Assembly: GCA_965602015.1 (NCBI GenBank)
Contig: OZ271918.1
Span: 3,456,001-3,520,000, forward strand
DNA length: 64,000 nucleotides
Source: Salinispira sp.
GTDB lineage: Bacteria; Spirochaetota; Spirochaetia; DSM-27196; Salinispiraceae
Direction: 5' to 3'
Position numbers and translations under genes: made by a program
Shown: piece after piece, positions 47,856 to 56,696 of the stretch
How the letters are laid out: each line of letters starts with the position of its first letter
Position numbering within the stretch: position 1 is the first letter of the stretch
Notes under the pieces: model-generated
Seen by the model: only the letters and a program-made list of their open reading frames with translations
The model's database searches: none
What the model was told of the DNA's origin: nothing

Positions 47856-49040
47856 ATGTCGACATGGTATCAGCGATGGGCCTTCTCTATGTTGCGTGCC
47901 GGCCATATCCGCCGGTTGCTGCGGCGCTATTCGGTGAGTTTCACCGGAGACTTGAGCGAGCCCGATGCGCCGTATCTGTTTGTCAGCAATCATCAGCATA
48001 TGGCTGACTCGTATATTCTGGCCGCCAGAATGGCCGATCCGGTAATGGGCATGGCCGATCACGAGGCCAGTGAGTTGCTGCAGCGCATCGGGGGAAAAAT
48101 TCTCGGCCTGTATTTCAGACGGCCCGGAATTGATGATACTGCAGTAATCAGGAAAACCAGGGAGTTGTTGTCCGCCGGCCATAACGTCGGCATTTTCCCG
48201 TCGGGCGCCATGAGCTGGACAGGAAGGGATGAGATCAACTATCTGCAGACCGCAAAACTTGCGAAAATTCTCAGGGTCCCCCTGCGGATAGCGCGGATTC
48301 GGGGATTATACCTCGCCGGTCCCCGTTGGGCGGAAAGCCCCAGGCGCTGCCCTGTGACAGTGGAACTGTCCCGGCTCTCTGCCGATGAAATCCGCGAACC
48401 CAAAGCCGCGGATCTCGCCGCCCTGCTGGAACACCGCATGGCTCATGATGAAGTCCGTGACCTCCGGGGATATGACGTGCGCGGAAAAAACCTTGCGGCG
48501 GGAATCCATAATATCATCTGGCGATGTCCGTCCTGCGGTACCCAGGACAGCATGTACGGATCGGCGGACCGCATCAGCTGCCGCGCCTGCTCGGAGGAAT
48601 GGAATCTTCGCGGCGACCTGACCATCGGCGGTGGCGGATTTTCTGATATTATCCAATGGCATGATTGGCAGTGCGAATCCCTGGTGGTATTTCCTTTCGG
48701 ACATCATGCGGAGGTATCACCCATAACAACCGAAAACGCAGAGCTGAAAATAGTTCCCCAGCCGGGGGCGAAAAGTGCGGGAGCTGACGGAAAAGCCCCC
48801 GCTTCGGGCAGCTACCGCGGGGTATCCGTGCTGCAGGGGGAGAACAGCATTGAACTGGCACTTGCCGGACGCCGCCAGTGGAACCTGCCGCTTCAGTCTA
48901 TCCGGGCAGCTCGGGTATTAAAGAACCGCAGTTTCTGCTTTAGTCATGCAAACTCCAGATACCGGCTGACGGCACCGGGGGTGAATCTGCTCAAATGGCT
49001 GAGGCTGTGGGAACGGGCGGCAGAAATGCGCCGATTGTAA
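47856..49040 (+). CDS. Lysophospholipid acyltransferase (PlsC-like) with Zn-ribbon C-terminal region
   Basis: NHQHMAD (HX4D), GIFPSG (usually FPEG), CPSC...CRAC; ATG at 47856 after AGGAGG. Confidence 0.8.
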   Translation: MSTWYQRWAFSMLRAGHIRRLLRRYSVSFTGDLSEPDAPYLFVSNHQHMADSYILAARMADPVMGMADHEASELLQRIGGKILGLYFRRPGIDDTAVIRKTRELLSAGHNVGIFPSGAMSWTGRDEINYLQTAKLAKILRVPLRIARIRGLYLAGPRWAESPRRCPVTVELSRLSADEIREPKAADLAALLEHRMAHDEVRDLRGYDVRGKNLAAGIHNIIWRCPSCGTQDSMYGSADRISCRACSEEWNLRGDLTIGGGGFSDIIQWHDWQCESLVVFPFGHHAEVSPITTENAELKIVPQPGAKSAGADGKAPASGSYRGVSVLQGENSIELALAGRRQWNLPLQSIRAARVLKNRSFCFSHANSRYRLTAPGVNLLKWLRLWERAAEMRRL

Positions 49041-49056
49041 AGGCTTCGCAAGCAAA

Positions 49057-50319
49057 CTATCGGCGGGCGGCGATTTCCCGGCATTTTTTACTGTAATGAT
49101 CCAGCATATCCCGCTCGAAAGAGTCATTGTCCGGGTACTGACGGCCGAGTACCGGTTGCCACAGGCCGGGGTCTTCCATGCACAGATAAAAAAACACCGC
49201 ATCCCGCCAAGAATAAAGTTCATCCGCAGCCAGGGAGAACATCTTCCGCTTTATCTCAAAAGGATATGAGTACTTCCCGGCAATCTCCTCCATGGGCATC
49301 TGAAGAATTGCGCTCTTGAAATCCCTATTGCGGATTTTTTTTAATACCGGCTTGATGTAGGTGAGGGTTCCCAGGCTGACGAGCACCACCTCCGAAGGAG
49401 AGAACCGCCGCTTCATTTCGCGGAAGAGTTGGCGGTACTCTTCTTCCCAGTTTTTGTAATGCACCATAGGATGAAAATGAAACCCGATAGGAATCCCCCT
49501 GTCAGCGCAGGCCCGGGCGGCTGACAGACGCCGCTCAAGATCGGCGGTTTGGTGTTCTTCATTCGCTATGACGGCGTCGGTATTAAGCGACCAGGTCACT
49601 AGCACATTCGCAGGAACCGGGTTTTCCATCAGCCAACGGATATTGTCTGATTTCGTTTTTAGCTCGAGAATGACCTGTGGTCTTTTCGCTGCGAAGCTCA
49701 TAAGATTTTCCAGCAGCCCCTCCCGGTTGCCCCACATGAGGGAATCCGATGACTGGCCGGTGCCGATGTGGTAGGGTTTTTCCGAATCCAGGTCCAGGTT
49801 CTCCAGCTTGTCGGCGAGATTTCCGTGAAAGGATATTTTTCCGTCATCATAAAATGACTGGATGGAGCAGTAGGAGCAGTCAAAACCGCAGCGGAACACC
49901 GCATCCAGGGTGTACAGATTGCAGCAGCGGGTCTTTTCCGACGCCACCGGGCAGCGGCCCATTATATTGCGACCGTCGCTGATCTCGATAAAGCGCGATG
50001 TTGTCGCTGGGGGAGCATCAGTCGGGCTCGAGAGATAATCGTGCCCGGCGGCAGCGAGGGTGCGGTAATAATCCCTAAAAGCAGTCATCAGGGTTTCACG
50101 CGGTCGGGGACTCCGGAGGTCTACTGTTGCTTCCGGCTTTTTTTGGGCAAAGCTCGCTTCGTTCCACATATTCATGTCCCGCATCATGACCATCAGTTGT
50201 TGTTGCTGGGACCGGGTCAGACAGTAGGTCTTGGAGACTTTGCTCAGGTAATCCTTGTCGTCTTCAGAGAGAAGGATGAATAGGGCTTGATTTGAGAGAT
50301 GCTCCTGACCGTCCTGCAT
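49057..50319 (-). CDS. Spore-photoproduct-lyase-like radical SAM protein
   Basis: CGFDCSYC, IGTGQSSDSL, LELKTKS, WSLN, FHFHP, YLCME. Confidence 0.85.
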   Translation of the reverse strand: MQDGQEHLSNQALFILLSEDDKDYLSKVSKTYCLTRSQQQQLMVMMRDMNMWNEASFAQKKPEATVDLRSPRPRETLMTAFRDYYRTLAAAGHDYLSSPTDAPPATTSRFIEISDGRNIMGRCPVASEKTRCCNLYTLDAVFRCGFDCSYCSIQSFYDDGKISFHGNLADKLENLDLDSEKPYHIGTGQSSDSLMWGNREGLLENLMSFAAKRPQVILELKTKSDNIRWLMENPVPANVLVTWSLNTDAVIANEEHQTADLERRLSAARACADRGIPIGFHFHPMVHYKNWEEEYRQLFREMKRRFSPSEVVLVSLGTLTYIKPVLKKIRNRDFKSAILQMPMEEIAGKYSYPFEIKRKMFSLAADELYSWRDAVFFYLCMEDPGLWQPVLGRQYPDNDSFERDMLDHYSKKCREIAARR

Positions 50320-50338
50320 TGCCGGAAGTATACCAGAA

Positions 50339-51451
50339 TCACCCTCGTAATTCAGCGTTTTTATGTGAAGGAGTATTCGAAGCGTCCCGAGGCAGAGCCC
50401 AAAACGACTGGTCGGGCATATCGATGCAGGAGCCGCAATACTCGTTCTGGGAATTGATAATCCCGGCCCGCCGGACACCGGGAATTACCTGGAGATCAAA
50501 AATCTCGTCCACCGATGATTTGTAGGTGAGCTGTCCGACCTTTGAGGCGGTGGGGAGGTGGATGATTTCTATGCCCGCCCTGCTTGCTCCATCGCTGATT
50601 TCCAGATCGCGAAAAATCGACGAGTTCTTTCGTAGCCGCGAATAGGCAATAAAAAGGAAATCACCCCATTTCGCCATTCCGCGGACAAAACCGTTTATTT
50701 TCCGCACCAACTCACGCCGTCCGTTTTTCCGGTCAATATGAACCAGTTCACCGGTGGCCGACAATAAGAGGTATAACTCTCCGTCATAGAGCCTTGGTGT
50801 ATGGGGCATGGGAAGTTCGCGGGAAATAATCTCTCCGTCCGGCAGACTGTAGAGCACCCCGCCCCCGGGTAGTCCCGGTTTCCAGGAGCGCGGGCTGTCC
50901 CCCGTGTTAAAGGCCGTGGCATAGGCCGGTTCACCGTTATCCATTGCCATTCCGTTCAAATGGCAGCGGTCCTCCGGCGCCAGTCGGGAGATGGAAGGCG
51001 GTTTCCAGGCGGGGTAGAATGAGTAATTCTCTCCGACAATCCCGATGCAGGACATGGTGGTGTTTACCGCCCAAAGTCCCTTATTGCCCCATTCGAGGCT
51101 GTGGATATCAAGGGGCCCCGTGTGGTACTCGGCCTGGGGCACATAGATGGTCTCGTAGAGTTCTTTCTGCCGGGGATAATCAGGAGCCAAGCGGGGAGAG
51201 GAGCGCAGCACCACCACCCGGGAGCGACAGGCCACTGCCAGGGATGCGCCTCGTATGCCCAGAGCCATTGCCTGCTCGAAGTTTCGCGGCAGCTGTATAA
51301 GCTGTTCATCATTCAGAGCCGACAAAAAAATGACCTTGCCAGCCTGGTATGTGGAGACCGCGAGGGTGAGCCCCGCCTGGTTAAAAAATTCCGGGACATT
51401 CGGCGAGTAGGTGCAGGTGAATGGTGCTGGAGGCTGATTTACCCTATCCAC
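50339..51451 (-). CDS. TIGR03032 (DUF4915) family protein
   Basis: STYQAGK, TG..DIH, VNT..SC, WKP..IS...EDRCHLNG, MPHTPR; GTG overlaps the upstream TAG. Confidence 0.88.
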   Translation of the reverse strand: MDRVNQPPAPFTCTYSPNVPEFFNQAGLTLAVSTYQAGKVIFLSALNDEQLIQLPRNFEQAMALGIRGASLAVACRSRVVVLRSSPRLAPDYPRQKELYETIYVPQAEYHTGPLDIHSLEWGNKGLWAVNTTMSCIGIVGENYSFYPAWKPPSISRLAPEDRCHLNGMAMDNGEPAYATAFNTGDSPRSWKPGLPGGGVLYSLPDGEIISRELPMPHTPRLYDGELYLLLSATGELVHIDRKNGRRELVRKINGFVRGMAKWGDFLFIAYSRLRKNSSIFRDLEISDGASRAGIEIIHLPTASKVGQLTYKSSVDEIFDLQVIPGVRRAGIINSQNEYCGSCIDMPDQSFWALPRDASNTPSHKNAELRG

Positions 51452-53484
51452 TAAAACTCGGTGTTCTCAAAAAAGTAGACCTGGGTAGTGCTCGGTCCGT
51501 AAACGCTGCCGTACACCGCGACGAACAGATCGACGTCTCCGTCGGCATCGATGTCAGCTGCGTCTAGTTGGATAACAGGGCTGGTAAGCTGGGCAAGGCC
51601 GAAGGGATTTATCGTCGCCTGATCAAAATCCAGACGCTGCCGGTCACCGATGTTTTCGATAAAGTAAAAATCGCCCTCCTGGCTGAGGGTGAAGACGTCA
51701 ATATCCCCGTCCCGGTCGAAATCCGTGGCGGCGATCCGGGGATTTGAACCGGTATTTATGGGCAGGGGCCGGCTGTCTACCAGACCGTAAGGGGCGTAAT
51801 AGGAGAAATCCGGAGCAGTCGTGCTGCCGTTGTTTCTGCTCAAGGTCAGGCTCCCTTCGGAGTTGGCATATACCAAGTCGAAATCTCCATCGAAATCGAG
51901 GTCCGCCGCGGCGAAACGACGGGCATAGGTGGAGTATTGGAGGGACGCGGTGAGCGTTACATCATTGGTAAAATCCATCGAGTTGACGCTTCCTTCATTC
52001 TCCACAATTTCGGTGTAAAAACTGCCGTATTGCTCATTGATCTGGATTAAATCCAGATCGCCGTCGGGATCGACACTAATAAACGAGAAGTCCGTCACCG
52101 TGTAATACAGGTCAGATGGCATATTAATCGGATTCGTTCCGGTCCGCGGTTCAAACACCGGGGAAGCAGCGCCGCCCGAGTTGTATTGGACAAAAATCTC
52201 CGGAGTTACCGATGTGGTCAGTTGACGAAATACCGCATCGAGATCGCCGTCGCCGTCAATATCGGCCAGGGCAAAACTGTATTCGTAATAGGTTTCGTAA
52301 GGATTCAGCCCGAAAGCGATTCCCGTATCACGGACATTTGTAGTTTCCTCCGGCGCGGCGAAGGCCGGAGCACTGTCATTTCCGTATGTGAACACCGCTG
52401 CGGCGCTATCGGTCAAGCCGCGGTCATCGGTAACCGTCAGTTCAACATCGAAAATATCGAACTCGTTGAAGCTTACGCTTCCGCTGACCCCGCTTTCATT
52501 GTAGACCTGAGCGTAGTTCCGGCCGGTAAAAGTCCAGGAGTAGGTCAGACCGCCGCCCTCGGGGTCCGATGATGCGCTGCCGTCGAAGGTAAACACATTG
52601 TCATTCTGCTGATTCTGATCCGGTCCAGGGTCTGCTACCGGAGGAAGGTTTATGCTGTGGGCAAACACTGCGGTATCTGTTGCCGTGAGGCCGTCGGGAT
52701 CCTGGACGGTGAGGGTGACGTCAAAAATGTCCTCTTCCGGAAGGGCGACGATGCCGGTAACTCCCACCGCGCTGTGACTTGCGGCGCTGTTGCGGCCGAC
52801 GAAGGTCCAGCTGTAGATAAGTGTATCGCCGTCGGGGTCCGAAGAGCCGCTGCCGTCATAGGTGAAATACTGATCATCGGTCTGGCTCTGGTCGGCGCCG
52901 GCGTCTGCCACCGGGGATTGATTGGCAGCGATGATCTGATGGGTAAAAACTGCGCTGTCCCTGCTCATGGCCCCGTGTTCATCGGTGACCGTGAGCACCG
53001 CATCAAAAATATCTTCCTCGTTCAGGGCGATGGACCCAGCCGCGCTATCGGCCTGATATTCTGCGGAGCTGTTGCGTCCGGTGAACGTCCAGGAATAGTC
53101 CAGGGAATCCCCGTCGGGATCTGAGCTGGCCGAACCGTCAAATGAAAATTCCGCAGGGCTTTGGGTTATGTCGCCCCCCGCATCGGCTTCCGGCGGATGG
53201 TTAGTGAACTCGCGTAGATTGGCATGCCCCAGATTCAGTTCCGACAGTGTGCAGGCATTGCCGCTGATAAGCAGTCCTGCGGTAAGGAGTGCTGCGACGG
53301 CTCCCGGGCCGGCTGACCCTTCACGGACGAGACTGTTGAGCATGCGTTTGATTTCTCCGACCCGTCTGGTTCTATGTATAAGAGAAAGACTGTAGAAGTG
53401 ACCCGTTTCAAGGTCGCGAATTAATTCTGAATTGAGTTGAGCCAGTCTGTTTATTGCTTCTCTGTTCCGGATGCTCATGGCCAT
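51451..53484 (-). CDS. PKD x3 plus FG-GAP/VCBS repeat surface protein with extended N-terminal leader
   Basis: Three N..P.AD.G..FDGS.SSDP.G..L.YSW repeats; five DxDxDGDxD repeats; hydrophobic segment ending GNAC at about residue 77. Confidence 0.85.
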   Translation of the reverse strand: MAMSIRNREAINRLAQLNSELIRDLETGHFYSLSLIHRTRRVGEIKRMLNSLVREGSAGPGAVAALLTAGLLISGNACTLSELNLGHANLREFTNHPPEADAGGDITQSPAEFSFDGSASSDPDGDSLDYSWTFTGRNSSAEYQADSAAGSIALNEEDIFDAVLTVTDEHGAMSRDSAVFTHQIIAANQSPVADAGADQSQTDDQYFTYDGSGSSDPDGDTLIYSWTFVGRNSAASHSAVGVTGIVALPEEDIFDVTLTVQDPDGLTATDTAVFAHSINLPPVADPGPDQNQQNDNVFTFDGSASSDPEGGGLTYSWTFTGRNYAQVYNESGVSGSVSFNEFDIFDVELTVTDDRGLTDSAAAVFTYGNDSAPAFAAPEETTNVRDTGIAFGLNPYETYYEYSFALADIDGDGDLDAVFRQLTTSVTPEIFVQYNSGGAASPVFEPRTGTNPINMPSDLYYTVTDFSFISVDPDGDLDLIQINEQYGSFYTEIVENEGSVNSMDFTNDVTLTASLQYSTYARRFAAADLDFDGDFDLVYANSEGSLTLSRNNGSTTAPDFSYYAPYGLVDSRPLPINTGSNPRIAATDFDRDGDIDVFTLSQEGDFYFIENIGDRQRLDFDQATINPFGLAQLTSPVIQLDAADIDADGDVDLFVAVYGSVYGPSTTQVYFFENTEF

Positions 53485-54095
53485 ATAAGTCTCCCGGCGT
53501 ACGATGCACTCAGCAGCTTGTCACCCTCTGCCTTGAAGCGCACATCCACGGGAACCTGGGGGAAGTTTTCGCTGCCGCTGATTATCAGTGCGTAGCCCTG
53601 AAGTCCTCCGGTCCGCGGAAGATCCGTATACCTGTTGATGAAGCTGCCGTTTATATGCAAATCGTAATTTCCGGCGGCATTCTGCGTGAGGCGTATAATA
53701 TTCGTATCACCGTAGGCGCTGAGTATCGAGGGCTCCTGGGTCCAGGCGCAGTGGCTGCGGTAGGTGCCGTTTACCAGGGACTCGACGCAGTAGGCCCCGT
53801 CCAGCGATATAAGTACAAGGGTATAATTGCTTTCGTCGAGGTAGTTCACCAGCATGCCGTATCCTGCGCTGTAGTCTCCGCTCATTTTCTTCACCTGCAG
53901 CTCGTACGCGGAAAACGGCTCCTGACTAAGATCGCTCAGCGGCAGGTAAGCAAGGCTCTCGGCCACCAGCTGATTATTCGATGAGAACTGCCGGAAACCC
54001 TGGGCGTCGGGCTCCCAGGGTATGGTGACTACCCTGTTTTCGCCGCAGGAAACCAGGAGGAAAACCGATAACATCAGGAAAATGAATGTTCGCAT
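53475..54095 (-). CDS. Lipoprotein, possible ConA/laminin-G-like beta-sandwich
   Basis: LVSC lipobox; GYG...Y...I..DG.Y and N.....YDLHING patterns; overlaps the next gene start. Confidence 0.7.
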   Translation of the reverse strand: MRTFIFLMLSVFLLVSCGENRVVTIPWEPDAQGFRQFSSNNQLVAESLAYLPLSDLSQEPFSAYELQVKKMSGDYSAGYGMLVNYLDESNYTLVLISLDGAYCVESLVNGTYRSHCAWTQEPSILSAYGDTNIIRLTQNAAGNYDLHINGSFINRYTDLPRTGGLQGYALIISGSENFPQVPVDVRFKAEGDKLLSASYAGRLIWP

Positions 54096-54200
54096 AAGTA
54101 AACCCTCATTCACAATAATGCGTTTGGGGTGTCAGCGCAATAGTTTATCGGTATTAATGAGATTTTTTATCGAGGAAAATTCGAATTGTGTGTGAAAATA

Positions 54201-54938
54201 TCAATCGTTGAGCAATGTGGACCATCGGTATACATCGGTGCGCCACTTGAGAGTGTATCCGTTGTTCATTGCGACGCGAAGAGAGCCGGGGTTTCCGTCC
54301 CAGGTGCGCCATAGCGGAGTGCGTCCGTTAGCCAGACAGGCCGCGGTAACCTCACCCACCAATGAGGACCCCAGTCCTCGCCCCCGGCTGTCGGGATGAA
54401 TGAGGATGCCCGTGTCCGAAAGTCCCTTCTCCCAAACCCGGTACCCCGCATACCCAACGGGAATGTTGCCGTAATAGGCCATGCGGATTTCCTCATCGGG
54501 ATCGTCGACGTCGATGAGCGCGTCTTCTACGTCGCTTTTGCTGTTTCGATCCAGAAAAGCTTGTATGGTCTGATGATCTCCCGGATCGATTTTGCGAATC
54601 TCAAAACCGTCGGGGTGTGTAAAATCCGGTCCGCTTTCTTCTTCATAGATCAGATGAGGATGACGTTCCTCAAGCTCCCAGCCCGTGAACCGTTTCCCCA
54701 GTTCTTCCGCCGTGCAGCGTTGCAGGAAGTGATCGCCGAGGTAGTCTGATAATTCCGGCGATACGGTAATGAGGGTTTTTTCAAGCGGCCGGGTGATGTA
54801 GAGGTTTTGTTCGCCCGAGAGACCCTCGATAACCCGAATGGCGTTGCCGACCTCTGTCATTTCATCCGCTTCGATGCCGTAGAGCTCGGCATATACCTCA
54901 AGGAGTACCTGCTCGGCTTTGCTGCGGGTCCTTTCCAT
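54201..54938 (-). CDS. GNAT family N-acetyltransferase
   Basis: HPDSRGRGLG, N.GS.RVA...GY. Confidence 0.85.
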   Translation of the reverse strand: MERTRSKAEQVLLEVYAELYGIEADEMTEVGNAIRVIEGLSGEQNLYITRPLEKTLITVSPELSDYLGDHFLQRCTAEELGKRFTGWELEERHPHLIYEEESGPDFTHPDGFEIRKIDPGDHQTIQAFLDRNSKSDVEDALIDVDDPDEEIRMAYYGNIPVGYAGYRVWEKGLSDTGILIHPDSRGRGLGSSLVGEVTAACLANGRTPLWRTWDGNPGSLRVAMNNGYTLKWRTDVYRWSTLLND

Positions 54939-54953
54939 ATGTTCACCTCACCG

Positions 54954-56696
54954 TTATTGTTGTTCACCGGAGGCCAGATTTTCCACATAGCCCGCGTAGA
55001 CGCCGGATTGAGCCATGAGTTCCTCATGACTGCCCCGTTCGACGACCAGGCCGTCTTCCAGAACCAGAATGATGTCCGCATGCCGAATAGTGGATAATCG
55101 GTGGGCGATGACGAAGCTGGTCCGGCCCTCCATCAGCGGAACCAGCGCCTTCTGGACCATGGCCTCGGTTTCGCTGTCCAGGTAGGCGCTGGCCTCGTCG
55201 AGGATGAGAATGGACGGATTGCGTATCAGCGCCCGGGCGAAGGCTATGAGCTGTTTTTGGCCCAGAGAGATATTGTTCCCGTTTTGACCCAGTTCGCTGT
55301 GGTATCCTTTAGGAAAGCCCTCGATCATCCGATGTATTCCCAGTGTTTTTGCGACCTGCACGATTTCATCCATCTCCGCATCGGGCTTCCCGAATCTGAT
55401 ATTCTCAGCCACGCTGCCGGAAAAAATCTGCGGATCCTGCATAACCGAGGACATTCCGGACCTGAGGGATCTCTGCGCGAAGTCTCTGATGTTCCTGCCG
55501 TCTATCAGTATCTCGCCGGAACTGCAGTCGTAAAACCGGTTTATGAGATTCACCGTTGTCGATTTGCCGGAACCGGTGTGCCCGACGATGGCGCACATGG
55601 ATCCCGCCGGGATAAAAAAGCTGATGCCCCGAAGCACCGGTTCGTCTGCTTCGTATGAAAACTCCACATTGCGGAATTCCACATCCCCCCTAAGAGAGCA
55701 ATCTTCTATCGCCCCAGGGGCGTCCTCAACCTTCACCGGCTCCTCGAGAACTTCGAAAATGCGCTGGCCGGAAACCACCGCCCTGCTCATTTGATTGAGC
55801 ATGTTGCTGATTTTTTGCATCGGCTGGAATAGCCGGGTCACGTAATTCAGAAATGCGACGATCACCCCCAGCGTGATGAGTTGGTAGTGAAGAAGTACCC
55901 CCCCGACGAGTATCACCAGCCCCTGGCTGACGGTATTGAGGGATGCCACCGACTGCCAAAAAATGGCGTGAAGGGGGTAAAATTTACGGGTGCTGTGGTA
56001 ATACTCTCCGTTGAGTCTTTGAAACTCAGCGATGTTCCGTTCTTCCCTGGCGAAGGCCTGTATCACCTTTATTCCCGAGAGGGATTCGTTGAGAAAATTG
56101 TTTACCCCGGACAATTCCCTCTGAATCCTGGAGGCAACCTCCATGATGTAGTTCCTTAATACGAAGACGATAACTGCCAGGAGCGGAACGACAAAAAGCA
56201 GAATGAGGCTGAGTCTGGGGTTGAGGCTTATCATGGTGATGATCAGGCCGAGTATCATTAACACATCGACAAGAACCGTATCGAGCCCGGCCATCAACAG
56301 TTCTTCCAGCACCTGAACGTCGCTGGTGACCCTGGTGATGAGGGTTCCCGACTTGTTTTTATCGAAGAAATGTATCGACTGACCCTGGATTTTGGAAAAT
56401 AGGTCCCTGCGCAATGAAAAGAGGACCCGGTTGCCGATTTTCATCATGAGACGGCCCTGAATTCTGAAGCTGATAAACTGCAGGGCTGCGGCAAGTCCGA
56501 CGTAGATCGCCATCCGCAGCATCACGTTCCGGTCGCCGGGGACGATGCCGAAGTCGATGGCCCTCTGGATGAGCAGGGGGATCAGGATGAGGGATAACAC
56601 GTTGAGCACGGCAAAAATATACATGACCGCTATGGCTGCACGGTGGGGTGCCAGGTAGGCGATGAGTTTTTTGAGAAAAATTTTGAGGTCTTTCAT
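54954..56696 (-). CDS. Type IV ABC exporter half-transporter (consensus Walker B)
   Basis: 6 TM plus GHTGSGKST, SLGQKQ, LDEAS, IAHRLST. Confidence 0.93.
   Translation of the reverse strand: MKDLKIFLKKLIAYLAPHRAAIAVMYIFAVLNVLSLILIPLLIQRAIDFGIVPGDRNVMLRMAIYVGLAAALQFISFRIQGRLMMKIGNRVLFSLRRDLFSKIQGQSIHFFDKNKSGTLITRVTSDVQVLEELLMAGLDTVLVDVLMILGLIITMISLNPRLSLILLFVVPLLAVIVFVLRNYIMEVASRIQRELSGVNNFLNESLSGIKVIQAFAREERNIAEFQRLNGEYYHSTRKFYPLHAIFWQSVASLNTVSQGLVILVGGVLLHYQLITLGVIVAFLNYVTRLFQPMQKISNMLNQMSRAVVSGQRIFEVLEEPVKVEDAPGAIEDCSLRGDVEFRNVEFSYEADEPVLRGISFFIPAGSMCAIVGHTGSGKSTTVNLINRFYDCSSGEILIDGRNIRDFAQRSLRSGMSSVMQDPQIFSGSVAENIRFGKPDAEMDEIVQVAKTLGIHRMIEGFPKGYHSELGQNGNNISLGQKQLIAFARALIRNPSILILDEASAYLDSETEAMVQKALVPLMEGRTSFVIAHRLSTIRHADIILVLEDGLVVERGSHEELMAQSGVYAGYVENLASGEQQ

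Noticed and set aside
52380..53210. Repeated DNA within the FG-GAP gene as a VNTR or diversity-generating element
   Set aside because: Corresponds to three diverged PKD domains; no reverse transcriptase or adenine-specific mismatch pattern
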